From Vulcanimicrobiota bacterium (GTDB lineage Bacteria; Vulcanimicrobiota; Vulcanimicrobiia; Eremiobacterales; Eremiobacteraceae), in the NCBI GenBank assembly GCA_963812135.1, contig CAWETU010000001.1, positions 416,001 to 480,000 on the forward strand: 64,000 nt of DNA. The letters are read 5' to 3'. Made by a program: the position numbers and the translations under genes. Below are positions 26,938-37,065 of this stretch, one piece after another (the first letter of the stretch is position 1; every line of letters starts with the position of its first letter). The notes under the pieces are model-generated. The model did not search any database and was not told where the DNA came from. It saw only the letters and a program-made list of their open reading frames with translations.

Positions 26938-28986
26938 CTAGCCCACTTGCTGCGGGAAGCTCAGCACGCGGCCGGCGATGAGCTGGCCGTCCAGCACGAA
27001 CGCGTTGCCGCCGGCGGCGCGCGCGACACGTTTATAGCGGGCGGTGCGGCCCGCCAGGCTCGCGAGGTTCGGTAGCGGCGGCGTCGTGGCGGTGATCGCG
27101 ACAAGGGCGAGCCCGACGCTGGGCGGCGGCACATTGCCGTGTTCCACCGAGGCGAAATCGCGTGTGACGTGCAGCGGCGCCGTCCGACGTTGGAAGCTGT
27201 CGATGATCGCGCGGCCGATGGCTTCGACGTTTGCGGGCTCGCACAGCGCGAGGAAGTTGACGCCGCCGAGGTGGCCGACGGTCGCGTGGCGATCGGCCGA
27301 GTCCGCGATCACGGTGCTCAACGTCTCCGCGAGCAGCGCGATCACTTCGTCGCCGCGCTCGACGCCGTAACGCTCGTTGTAGGCGCGGAAGTTGAGCAGG
27401 TCGACGTGCAGCACGGCGAACGGCATGTTCGAGGTGCAGCGCCGGTCGATCTCCTGCTGGAGCGGGATGCGGCCGGGCAAGCCGGTGAGCGGATTGGCGT
27501 TGCGCGCCATGGTCGCTTGGAACTCGGTCATCGTGTGGAGTAGATCGCGGACGGACACGACGCCCGAATACACGCCGTTCTCGAGCACCACGATCTCGTC
27601 ATACATCTCGGTGCTGCGCCGGTGCGTGACTTTGCGCGCGACGTCTTCGATCGAATCTTTCGCGTCCACGGCTAGATATGAATCGTCCATCACGAGGCGT
27701 GCCGCTCGTCGTGAATAGAGCGAATAGCCGAACTGCTGCGACAGACGCTCGTACAGTTTGGTGCGGCTCACCAGCCCGACCGGGGCGCCGAACTCGGTGA
27801 GCACCACGCTGTCCAGGTCGGCGTTGCGGTCGAAGATCTCGAGCAGTTCGCTCGTGTACGCCGTCGGCATGAGCGCGGGGGCGCGCCGCGTGATCGTGCT
27901 GATCGCCATGCGCTTGGGCATGGGTACGGTGCGCAGCGTGGACGAGCGCTCGCGGATGAAGGCGGCGATCTCCGGCTTGGGCTCGATGAAACCGCTCGAC
28001 GGACGGCCGAGCAAGAAGCCCTGGCCTAGATCCACGCCGATCTCGATCAGCGTGGCCAGCTCGTCGACGGTCTCAATGCCTTCGGCCAGCACCTTCGCAT
28101 CGATGCGTTTCGCGAAGATGATGATCGCGGACACGAGCGCGTTCTTGGCGCGGTCGCGATCGATGTCGCGCACGAGCGCCATGTCGAGCTTGATGAAGTG
28201 CGGCCGGACTTCGGTGACCGCGCGCAGGCTGTTGTGGCCGGCGCCGGCGTCGTCGATCGCGACTTTGAAGCCTTGGCGATAGTAATAGAGCAGCGTGCGC
28301 TTGAGCAGATCGAAGTCGGCGATCGCCTGCTTCTCCGTGATCTCCAAGACGATGCGCTCTTGCGCGAGGCGGCTTTGCTCGATGACCTCGCGCGACAGGC
28401 CGGCGTTTTGTTCTTCGAGCACGCGCGGGCTCAAATTCAAGAAGAGGAAGCAGCCGGCTGGGATGCCCGCGGCCGCGGCGATGGACCGGAAGCGGCACAC
28501 GCGCTCGAGCCGCTGCGTGGCGCCGACCGCCTGCGCGGCGCTGAACAACGCGTCGGCGCTTTCCAGGCGCGTGCCGATCGGACCGCGCGAGAGCGCTTCG
28601 TAGCCGAAGACGGTGCCGTCGGCCAAGTTGATGATCGGCTGGAAGACGGAACGGATGCGATTCTCGTTGAGGACCTGCTCGAGATCGTCGTCGCGTTCGA
28701 CCGTCAGCGGAGGCGCAGCGAAGATCGTGGGTGCGGGTACGACCGGTTCCGGCGGCGGCGGCGCAGTAATGCGCTCGATGCGTTCGATGCGTTCGATGCG
28801 CTCGGGCGCGCTCGGCGTCGCGGCCATCGGAGGATCCGCTCCAAGCGGCTCATCCGAGGAGTCTTCGCCCGCCGGCAGCGGGCCTGGTTGGTTCTCGGTC
28901 GGTTGCGGCAACGGCGACCGCTCGCCCGTGACAAAGCCGAGCAGCTTGCGGAAGCGCCGTCGAATCCGATCCGAAGTGTCGTCCAA
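26938..28986 (-). CDS. EAL-CBS-GGDEF(degenerate) protein, probable c-di-GMP phosphodiesterase
   Basis: FQPII, YEALSR, LEITE, DDAGAG, IKLD, AEGIET, GQGF; NPLTGLPG; GGDEF site reads GGVNF; TTG start at 28986 with RBS GAAGGG. Confidence 0.88.
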   Translation of the reverse strand: MDDTSDRIRRRFRKLLGFVTGERSPLPQPTENQPGPLPAGEDSSDEPLGADPPMAATPSAPERIERIERIERITAPPPPEPVVPAPTIFAAPPLTVERDDDLEQVLNENRIRSVFQPIINLADGTVFGYEALSRGPIGTRLESADALFSAAQAVGATQRLERVCRFRSIAAAAGIPAGCFLFLNLSPRVLEEQNAGLSREVIEQSRLAQERIVLEITEKQAIADFDLLKRTLLYYYRQGFKVAIDDAGAGHNSLRAVTEVRPHFIKLDMALVRDIDRDRAKNALVSAIIIFAKRIDAKVLAEGIETVDELATLIEIGVDLGQGFLLGRPSSGFIEPKPEIAAFIRERSSTLRTVPMPKRMAISTITRRAPALMPTAYTSELLEIFDRNADLDSVVLTEFGAPVGLVSRTKLYERLSQQFGYSLYSRRAARLVMDDSYLAVDAKDSIEDVARKVTHRRSTEMYDEIVVLENGVYSGVVSVRDLLHTMTEFQATMARNANPLTGLPGRIPLQQEIDRRCTSNMPFAVLHVDLLNFRAYNERYGVERGDEVIALLAETLSTVIADSADRHATVGHLGGVNFLALCEPANVEAIGRAIIDSFQRRTAPLHVTRDFASVEHGNVPPPSVGLALVAITATTPPLPNLASLAGRTARYKRVARAAGGNAFVLDGQLIAGRVLSFPQQVG
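28768..28803 (-). repeat. 9-nt tandem repeat x4 encoding ERIERIERIERI
   Basis: Near-identical GATGCG(T/C)TC units on the + strand, within a Pro-rich linker. Confidence 0.8.
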
Positions 28987-29125
28987 ACGATGCCCTTCAA
29001 AAGAAACGTAGCTCCGGGCGCCCCTGCCCGGACCCGCGCTCAAGAGCGCAAGCCTACAATTAGAACCATCGGAGCGGGCTGACGGCACAATTAGCTCATA
29101 AGCGGCGAGTGTCCCGCCCTTTGTC

Positions 29126-32100
29126 ATGAGCCAGCCCATATGTTCGTCCAAAGGGAGCGAGCGGCCACGCACGAAGCCGCGGCCTATGCTGTCGTCCGAG
29201 CGACCGTTCTCGAGGGAGAGCGTCGAGAAAGCCCCCCGCATTCGCGGGGCGCAGGTCAAGCACTCGGTTTGCCCTTATTGCGCCGTCGGCTGCGGACAGC
29301 TCGCGTATGTGAAGGACGGCACACTGCTCGACGTCGAGGGCGACCCCGACAGTCCCATCAACCGCGGCACGCTTTGCCCCAAGGGCGCGGCGACCTATCA
29401 GTTCGCGGTGAACCCGCTGCGCGTCACCAACGTCATGTATCGCGCGCCGTACTCGAATCGCTGGGAGCGCAAGTCGCTCGACTGGGCGATGGAACAAGTC
29501 GCGCAGCGCATCAAGCAGACGCGCGACGAGACGTTCATCGAGACGCTGCCCAACGGCAAGGTCGTCAACGCGTGCTACGCGATAGAGTCGCTCGGCGGCG
29601 CGACGCTCGACAACGAAGAGAACTACCTCATCAAGAAGCTGTTGTGCGGCGGCTTGGGGATCATCCCCATCGAGAACCAAGCGAGGATATGACATAGCAG
29701 CACGGTGCCCGGTCTGGGCACCTCCTTCGGCCGGGGCGGCGCGACGACGTTCCCGCAAGATCTCGTGAACAGTGATGCGGTCCTCATCATGGGCTCGAAC
29801 ATGGCCGAGAACCATCCGATCGCATTCGCGCGCGTGCTCGAAGCAAAAGAGCGCGGTGCGACCGTCATCCACGTCGATCCGCATTTCTCGCGCACGTCAG
29901 CGCTCGCCGATATCTATCTGAAGATCCGCGCCGGTTCCGACATCGCGTTCTTGGGCGGCGTGATCCGCTGGCTGCTGGAAAATGACCGCTACTTCCACGA
30001 CTACGTCTACTATTACACCAACGCGCTGACGGTCATCGACGACAAATTCGAGGACACCGAATTGCTCGACGGCGTGTTCTCGGGTCTTGACGCCAAGACG
30101 AACACGTATGCCGACATCGCGTCGTGGCAATACAAGCGCGACAAGAAAGGCAACATCGTCACCGATCCCGAGCTCAAGAATCCGCGCACGGTGTTGAACC
30201 TGCTGAAATCCCACTTCGAGCGCTACACGCCCGAAGAGGTCGAACGCATTTGCGGCGTTGACAAGGATGGTTTCTTGCGCGTGTGCGAGGTGCTCGCCGC
30301 CAACTCAGGGCGCGAGCGTACCGCAGCCTTCTGCTACGCGCTCGGTTGGACGCAGCACAGCCACGGCGTGCAGAACATCCGCGCCGCGGCCATCATCCAA
30401 TTGCTGCTCGGCAACATCGGCCGGCCGGGCGGCGGCATTCTGGCGTTGCGCGGACACGCTTCGATCCAGGGCTCGACCGACGTGCCGACCTTGTACGATT
30501 TGCTGTCGGGCTACATGCCGCAGCCCAGCGCGCTGCTCGATCACGACACGCTCGAGAAGTACATCAACGCGTCGTGGCGGCCGACCGGCTGGTGGGCGAA
30601 CTTCCGCAAATACATCGTCTCGTTCTTGAAGACGTGGTATGGCGAACGCGCCACCAAAGAAAACGATTTTGCTTTCGACTGGGTCGCCAAGACCAACGGC
30701 GACCACTCGCATTTGGCTTCCACCTTTGCGATGGTCGAGGGCAAGATCAAAGGCATGATCATCATGGGCCAGAACCCGGCATCGGGTTCGTCTCACGCGC
30801 GTCTGCAGCGCAAGGCGCTCGCCAGCCTCGAGTGGCTCGTCGTGCGCGACCTCTACGAGATCGAGTCGGCGGCGTTTTGGTACGCGGCGCCCGACGGCGA
30901 AGATCCGCTGGCGGTCAAAACCGAGATCTTCTTCATCCCCGCCGCCTCGCATCTCGAGAAAGAGGGCTCGTTCACCAACACGCAGCGTCTCGTGCAATGG
31001 CGCGAGAAGGCGATCGATCCGCCGGGCGATGCGCGCAGCGACGCGTGGTTCATCCACAAGCTGGCGAAGCGGCTGAAGGAGCTGTACGCGGACAGCACCG
31101 CCAAACGCGACGAACCGATCAAGGCGCTCACCTGGGATTTCGATCGCGCTGCGCCCGAGCCGGGATCGCGCATCCTCGACGAGCCCGACATGGACAAGGT
31201 CGTGCAGGAGCTCAACGGGCGCGACATCGCCAGCGGCAAGCTCGTGTCCGGATTCGCCGAGCTCAAAGACGATGGCAGCACCGCGTGCGGCTCGTGGATC
31301 TATAGCGGCATCCATCCTACACCAGAACTCAACCGGGCGGCGTCGCGCGACAACCGCGGGCGCGTGTTCCCGAACTGGGCGTGGTCGTGGCCCGCGAACC
31401 GGCGCATCCTTTATAATAGGGCGTCCGCCGATCCGTCAGGGCGGCCGTGGTCGGAGCGCAAGAAATACGTCTGGTGGGATGAAGAGCAGTCCAAGTGGAC
31501 GGGCGAGGACGTTCCCGATTTCCCGGCCACCAAGGATCCGGAGACTCCGGCGAAGCCAGGCGCCGGCGGTATGGATGCGCTTTCGGGCAGCGACCCGTTC
31601 ATCATGATGCCCGACGGCCGAGGCTGGCTGTTCGTGCCCAAGGGACTCAAGGACGGTCCGTTACCGACGCATTACGAGCCGTACGAGTCGCCGGTGCACA
31701 ACGCGCTATACGGGCAGCAGTCGAATCCAGTCGCCAAGACGTTTGCCTCGACCGGCGACAACCCGCTCGCAGCGCCCGAGAGCGCCGAGTTCCCCATCGT
31801 CATGACGACCTACCGCGTGACCGAACATCACGTGAGCGGAGCGATGACGCGTTGGCTGCCTTGGCTCGCAGAGCTGCAACCCGAGGCGTTCGTCGAGATG
31901 AGCCCGCAGCTCGCGGCCGCCAAAGGGATCACCAACGCTGGGTGGGTGACCGTCAGCTCTGTGCGCGGGGAGTTCGAGGGTCGCGCGCTTGTCACGCCGC
32001 GCATCCAGCCGCTGCAGATCCAGGGCAAGACGGTCGACCAGATCGGGGTGCCGATGCACTGGAGCTACATGGGGGTGACCAAGGGCGACACGCCCAATGA

Positions 32101-32221
32101 CCTGACCCACCTCGTGTTGGAACCGAACGTCTCGATCTACGAAGTCAAGGCGATCACGTGCAACGTGCGCGCCGGCCGGCGCACGCGCAAGACTCCGGCG
32201 CCCGAGAACGACGTGCTGTGA
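29126..32221 (+). CDS. fdhA: Selenocysteine-containing formate dehydrogenase alpha subunit (UGA at 29690-29692 read as Sec; start may be 29186)
   Basis: CPYCAVGC...LCPKG; ENQARI-U-HSSTVPGLGTSFGRGG equivalent to FdnG NQARV-U-H; GSNMAENHP; LRGHASIQG; the two ORFs share one frame. Confidence 0.94.
29704..29722 (+). promoter_or_regulatory. Bacterial SECIS element
   Basis: GGTGCCC-GGTCT-GGGCACC hairpin starting 11 nt after the UGA; the loop resembles the E. coli fdhF SECIS (GGTCT). Confidence 0.88.
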
Positions 32222-33033
32222 GCTTCTTCGAGGCCTTCGAGCGCGTCGAGCCGCCGCCGCAGCAGCGCCCGGTGGGGTTCTTCACCGACTCGTCCGTGTG
32301 CATCGGCTGCAAGGCGTGCGAAGTCGCGTGCAAGCAGTGGAACCAGCTGCCCGCCGACGGCCAAAAATTCACCGGCATGTCGTACGACAACACGGTCGAG
32401 CTGAGCGCGACGACGTGGCGGCACGTCCAGTTCATCGAGCAGCAAGACGAGCGCGGCAAGATGCGCTGGCTGTTCAACAGCGACGTGTGCAAGCATTGCG
32501 TCGACGCGCCGTGCGAGAACGCGTGTCCGACCGGCTCGCTCATCCGGACCGAGTTCGACACGGTCTACGTGCAGCAAGACATCTGCAACGGCTGCGGCTA
32601 CTGCGTCACCGCGTGTCCGTTCGGCGTCATCGAGACCGCGCACGCGCCGCCGAACGAAGATGGCGGCGCGCACAAGTGCACGCTGTGCTACGACCGGCTC
32701 AAAGACGGCATGGAACCCGCGTGCGCGAAGGCGTGCCCGACGGATTCGATCATCTTCGGCGACGTCGAACAGCTGCGGGACTACGCGCAGCGGCGCGTCG
32801 ACGTGTTGCATGCGCGCGGTGAAGAAAAAGCGCAGCTCTACGGCATGCCCGAAGGCAACGCGCTCGGCGGCCTCAACTCGTTCTTCCTCTTGCTCGACGA
32901 GCCGGAACGCTACAACCTGCCACGCTACCCGCGATCGCCAAAACGCGCGATGCCGAAAGCATATCTCTTCGGCCTTGGCGCCGCGCTCGTGGTCGCGGCC
33001 ACGATGGCGCTCGCCTTCGACAGTTCGGGCTGA
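32218..33033 (+). CDS. fdhB: Formate dehydrogenase beta (4x[4Fe-4S]) subunit with C-terminal hydrophobic anchor
   Basis: CIGCKACEVAC, CKHC...CENAC, CNGCGYCVTAC, KCTLC...PACAKAC; GTGA overlap. Confidence 0.93.
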   Translation: MSFFEAFERVEPPPQQRPVGFFTDSSVCIGCKACEVACKQWNQLPADGQKFTGMSYDNTVELSATTWRHVQFIEQQDERGKMRWLFNSDVCKHCVDAPCENACPTGSLIRTEFDTVYVQQDICNGCGYCVTACPFGVIETAHAPPNEDGGAHKCTLCYDRLKDGMEPACAKACPTDSIIFGDVEQLRDYAQRRVDVLHARGEEKAQLYGMPEGNALGGLNSFFLLLDEPERYNLPRYPRSPKRAMPKAYLFGLGAALVVAATMALAFDSSG

Positions 33034-33040
33034 GCGATAG

Positions 33041-33976
33041 ATGGATATGAAAGAGCTGCCGGCGCAATCCACCGACGGCAACGGCGTCGCTCACTACTAC
33101 GATCAACCGGTGCTCAAACCGCCGGACTGGGGCTGGTCGGTGATCGGCTATCTCTTCGTCGGCGGCATCGGCGCGGGCGCGTTCGTCGCTTCGTCGCTCG
33201 CCGCATTGCGCGGACGCAAAGACGACCGCCAGATCGCCAAACTCGGCTACGCCGTCTCAACCATCGCCATGGGCATCAGCGCGCCGCTGCTCATCAGCCA
33301 TCTCGGGCGGCCGGCACGCTTCCATCATATGCTGCGCGTCTTCAAGCCGCGCTCGCCGATGAATGCCGGCGTCTGGGGAATGACGTCGCTTTCCACCGCG
33401 GCGTTCGGGGCGGCGGTCGTGAATCTCGCGAACGCAGGGAGCGTGCCGCGCGCATTGGCGGCGCTCGTTGGTCTGCCTCCCGCGCTGTTCGTCGGCACCT
33501 ACACGGGCGTGCTGCTCGGCCACTCGAGCATTCCGCTGTGGGCCAAGTCGCCATTGCTGCCGGCCGTGTTCGCCTGTTCGTCGCTGGCGACCGGCGCAGC
33601 CGGCGTCGCTCTGCTCGCAGAGCTCTTCGGCGTGGGTTCCACGCAAGCGCGCAAGCGTTTAGCCAATGCCGAGCGCATCGGGTCGCTCGCGGAAGCGATC
33701 GCATTGGCCGCATGGCTCTCCGACGTCGGCGAGTACGCAAAACCGCTGCGCGAGCCCCCGCTCAAAGATATTTTTGAAAAAGTGGTGCAAGGCGCCGGCA
33801 TTGCCGCGCCCATCGCGCTGCCGAGTACGAAGAAGTCGAGCATTTGGGACGTGCTCAAGCCCGCGCTGGTGTTAGCGGGCGGTTTGGCGCTGCGCTACGT
33901 CTTGATCGAAGGCGGCCGCAAGTCGTCGCAAGACGCGGACGCGTATCTGAAGTTCACGTCGCAACCGCAGGAGTGA
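33041..33976 (+). CDS. NrfD/PsrC-family membrane anchor
   Basis: WGWSVIGYLFVGG, HLGRPARF, SPMNAGVW, YTGVLL...IPLW, GGLALRY. Confidence 0.88.
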   Translation: MDMKELPAQSTDGNGVAHYYDQPVLKPPDWGWSVIGYLFVGGIGAGAFVASSLAALRGRKDDRQIAKLGYAVSTIAMGISAPLLISHLGRPARFHHMLRVFKPRSPMNAGVWGMTSLSTAAFGAAVVNLANAGSVPRALAALVGLPPALFVGTYTGVLLGHSSIPLWAKSPLLPAVFACSSLATGAAGVALLAELFGVGSTQARKRLANAERIGSLAEAIALAAWLSDVGEYAKPLREPPLKDIFEKVVQGAGIAAPIALPSTKKSSIWDVLKPALVLAGGLALRYVLIEGGRKSSQDADAYLKFTSQPQE

Positions 33977-33983
33977 ATCGGGC

Positions 33984-34403
33984 TTAGAAGACGACGACCG
34001 GATTGCCGCCGGCCGCGACGAACAGCGCTTTGATCTGGTCGACTTTGTCGGTCTCGATGCCCGCGACACAACGTCCGGCTTCGACCGCTGACACATAATC
34101 GTCCGTCCGGCCGTCGGGCACGGCGAGATCGCTGAGCGACTCGAGCGCGGGCGAACTATCGGGCGCTTCAAGATCTGAGATGCCCGGCGAACCAGAACCC
34201 GGCACGCTGATTTCGACGTCGCCGCTGATGCGCGTCGGGTCCGCCGCGGAGACGAGGTTGGCGCCCACCGACACGAGGTACCCGGTGGGCTCCTGGTTGC
34301 TGATCACGGTGAGGCCTGCGACGTCGAAGCCGGCCGACTTCATCGCGTGCGCGAGCGCGCCGACGGTGTCGGTGTTCGCGAAGATCCCGACGACGGCGCT
34401 CAC
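33984..34403 (-). CDS. Hypothetical protein (general-stress-like), coupled to ferredoxin
   Basis: GTG start overlaps the ferredoxin TGA; VVGIF..., LSDLAVPDGRTDDYVSAVEAG. Confidence 0.65.
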   Translation of the reverse strand: MSAVVGIFANTDTVGALAHAMKSAGFDVAGLTVISNQEPTGYLVSVGANLVSAADPTRISGDVEISVPGSGSPGISDLEAPDSSPALESLSDLAVPDGRTDDYVSAVEAGRCVAGIETDKVDQIKALFVAAGGNPVVVF

Positions 34404-34642
34404 TTGTTGAAATAGTCCGCGTTGATCTTGGTGTAGTCTTTCCACTGATCCGGCACTTCGGTCTCGTTGTAGATCGCGGTCACCGGACAGGCGGCCACGC
34501 ACGCACCGCAATCGATGCACGTGCTCGGATCGATGTAGAGCATGGGATCTTCATCCGTGCCTTTGATGCAATCGACGGGACACACGTCGATGCACGACTT
34601 GTCTTTGACTCCGATGCACGGCTGGCAGATCACGTAGGTCAC
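34400..34642 (-). CDS. fdxA: Dicluster (7Fe-type) ferredoxin
   Basis: TYVICQPCIGVKDKSCIDVCPVDCI...CIDCGACVAACPV; RBS AGGAG. Confidence 0.93.
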   Translation of the reverse strand: MTYVICQPCIGVKDKSCIDVCPVDCIKGTDEDPMLYIDPSTCIDCGACVAACPVTAIYNETEVPDQWKDYTKINADYFNK

Positions 34643-34720
34643 GGGCGGCGATTCCTCCTATTGGTCAAGCCAGGCGGTATTCTCAAGGATGGCTTTGGGG
34701 ACCTACTGAAGGCGCCCCGC

Positions 34721-35476
34721 ATGGCGCGTGCGATGTCCGTCAGCCGCTACTCGCAACTCATCGACCGGATGGACGCGCTCGGACGGCGGCCCGGCATCAG
34801 CGTCGAGGTGCTCGACGTTTTGCGACGCGGCGGATACGCACTGCCGTTCTTCTTGGTGACGCTCGGACCAGTGCAAGGGAAGCGTCTGCTCGTGAGCGCC
34901 GGCATCCATGGCGACGAACCTGCCGGAATCGAAGCGCTGCTCGCATTTCTCGAGCGGCCGGCACAGCCGCAACTGCGCATCACCGCATTGCCGTGCATGA
35001 ACCCGATTGGTTACATCGCCGGTACCCGCACGAACGATCTCGGCATCGATCTCAACCGGACGTTCGGTCAAGAACGCGCGCCATACGAGACCGAGCTGGT
35101 CCGCCTGGCGCTCGACGGGGAGCGCTTCGATTGCGGCATCGACCTCCATGAGGATTCGGAATCGAACGGGTTCTACGTCTACGAGCACGTGCGCGACGAA
35201 CGGCCGCATCTCTGCCCGCGCATCGTCGCCGGCGTGCGCGCGCTGCGACTTCCAGTCAGCGACGCGCCGAGCGTGGAAGGCCGCGCCCTCGTGGACGGCT
35301 GCGTCGAGCCCGCCGATGAGACGCTCTCGCCGTTCGTCGGATTCTTCTCCGTCTATCTGTTCGACCGCCACAGCGATCAGACGCTCGTACCCGAATCCGC
35401 GGCAGAGCTGCCGATGCAAGCGCGCGTCGCGATGCATCACGCCGCGCTCGACACGGCCGTCGCCGCGCTCGCATGA
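34721..35476 (+). CDS. M14-family zinc carboxypeptidase / succinylglutamate-desuccinylase-like protein
   Basis: SAGIHGDEPAG, NPIG, DLNRTF, IDLHED. Confidence 0.85.
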   Translation: MARAMSVSRYSQLIDRMDALGRRPGISVEVLDVLRRGGYALPFFLVTLGPVQGKRLLVSAGIHGDEPAGIEALLAFLERPAQPQLRITALPCMNPIGYIAGTRTNDLGIDLNRTFGQERAPYETELVRLALDGERFDCGIDLHEDSESNGFYVYEHVRDERPHLCPRIVAGVRALRLPVSDAPSVEGRALVDGCVEPADETLSPFVGFFSVYLFDRHSDQTLVPESAAELPMQARVAMHHAALDTAVAALA

Positions 35477-36333
35477 ACATCGTCGTCGGCACGTGCGGGT
35501 TCTCGTACCGCGATTGGGTCGGCCCGTTCTATCCGGCCGGCACGAAGAGCGCCGACATGCTCGAGTATTACGCGCGCCGCTTCCGCGCGGTCGAGATCGA
35601 CAGCACGTATTACGCGGTGCCCAAGCCGGCGCTATTCGAGCGCATGGCGGCGCGTACGCCGCCTGCTTTCATCTTCACCGTCAAAGCGCCGGGCAGCGTC
35701 ACCCACGTGCCCGCAGACGCGGAGCCCATGGCGAGCGAAGTCAGCGCTTTCGCGGAGTGCCTTGCGCCGTTGCTCGCGAGCCGAAAGCTCGGCGCCGTGC
35801 TGGCGCAGTTTCCGCACGGCTTTCGGCCGAACGCGGACGCCTATCGCCGCCTTGAGGCGCTGCGAGCGTGGTGGCCGAAACTTCCGCTGGTGTGCGAATT
35901 CCGGCATCGCGACTGGCAAGCGCACGACGTGTTGGTGCGCTTGCGCGAATTGGACCTCGGTTGGTGCAATGTGGACGAGCCGCAGTTCGGCACGCTGCTA
36001 CGCCCGAGCGCGGAAGCGACGTCGCCGATCGGCTACGTGCGCTTCCACGGGCGCAACTACGAGAAATGGTGGCGTCAAGAACGCGCGTCACACGAGCGTT
36101 ACTCGTACGAGTACACGCAGCCCGAACTCGAACGCTGGCTACCGAGGATCGGCGAGATCGCCGAGCAGACCGAGAAGACGTTTGTGTTCTTCAACAACCA
36201 TCATCTCGGACGCGCGGCGCAAAACGCGTTCGAGATGCGGCGCATCCTCGCGCCGCTCACCGGTGAGATCGTCGAGGAGCCTGCGTCCGATGACGCCGCG
36301 GGCGGGTCAGCCGCTCAGCCCCGGCTCTTGTGA
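35473..36333 (+). CDS. DUF72 (YecE-like) protein
   Basis: VGTCGFSYRDWVGPFYP, VEIDSTYY, EFRHRDW, YVRFHGRN, FFNNH. Confidence 0.92.
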   Translation: MNIVVGTCGFSYRDWVGPFYPAGTKSADMLEYYARRFRAVEIDSTYYAVPKPALFERMAARTPPAFIFTVKAPGSVTHVPADAEPMASEVSAFAECLAPLLASRKLGAVLAQFPHGFRPNADAYRRLEALRAWWPKLPLVCEFRHRDWQAHDVLVRLRELDLGWCNVDEPQFGTLLRPSAEATSPIGYVRFHGRNYEKWWRQERASHERYSYEYTQPELERWLPRIGEIAEQTEKTFVFFNNHHLGRAAQNAFEMRRILAPLTGEIVEEPASDDAAGGSAAQPRLL

Positions 36334-37038
36334 GGCGGGTGGCTCCGGCGAAATGGGCAGCGGCTCCGATGGTGTAGGCGGCGGCTCCGGCACGGCTCCG
36401 AGACGGCGGGAGACGATGAAGCCGCCGATGAGATCCTGGAGCGCGTGGCCGATGATGCACGGCCAGATCGAACCCCACACCACCACAATCATCGCGAAGA
36501 ACAGACCGAAGATCGCCGTGCCGATCACGCCCCGCCGACCTTGGTAGATGTGGGCGAGGCCGAATGCCGCCGTCGAGAGGACGACACCGGCGGCCATGCT
36601 GTGCGTCAGCGCCGCCACGACGTGTAAAGCGTAGCCGCGATACAGGAACTCCTCGCAGATGCCCGCTGACAATGCTAACGGCACGTACCAGAACCAATCG
36701 CCGATCGTCAGCGGCGCGATGCGCCGGATGCGTTCGGCGTATTCTTGATCGCCCGACTTCGCGCTCATCGCGCCCAACACGCCAAGCGTCGCCACGAATG
36801 CGAGCACGACGAGGTAGGGATAGATCGGCAAGCTTGGCGGTACCCAGCCGACGTCTTCGGGCCCCTGGCCGTGGAGCCGCAGCGCGTACAGCGCCAACCA
36901 CGTCATTGCCCAAAGCACGAGCAGCGAACGCGCGTAGCGCGCGTGCTTCGCGCCTGGCGTGGTCTTCGCGCGCTTGGCGAGCAGCGCGCTCGCGAGCGGG
37001 GCGACCACGAGGATCACCGCGAGCGCGCACAAGAGCAC
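36307..37038 (-). CDS. CPBP/CAAX-family intramembrane protease
   Basis: CEEFLYRGY, FGLAHIYQG, GHALQD. Confidence 0.9.
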   Translation of the reverse strand: MLLCALAVILVVAPLASALLAKRAKTTPGAKHARYARSLLVLWAMTWLALYALRLHGQGPEDVGWVPPSLPIYPYLVVLAFVATLGVLGAMSAKSGDQEYAERIRRIAPLTIGDWFWYVPLALSAGICEEFLYRGYALHVVAALTHSMAAGVVLSTAAFGLAHIYQGRRGVIGTAIFGLFFAMIVVVWGSIWPCIIGHALQDLIGGFIVSRRLGAVPEPPPTPSEPLPISPEPPASQEPGLSG

Positions 37039-37065
37039 GATGAGCGGCAGGTGTGGGATGTCGGC

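Noticed and set aside
28987..29259. N-terminal 91 aa of the 773-aa EAL ORF
   Set aside because: Overlaps fdh on the opposite strand; a TTG with an RBS at 28986 is a better start
29126..32221. fdh alpha as a nonsense pseudogene or two separate genes
   Set aside because: The stop is a UGA at the catalytic Sec position and is followed by a SECIS hairpin
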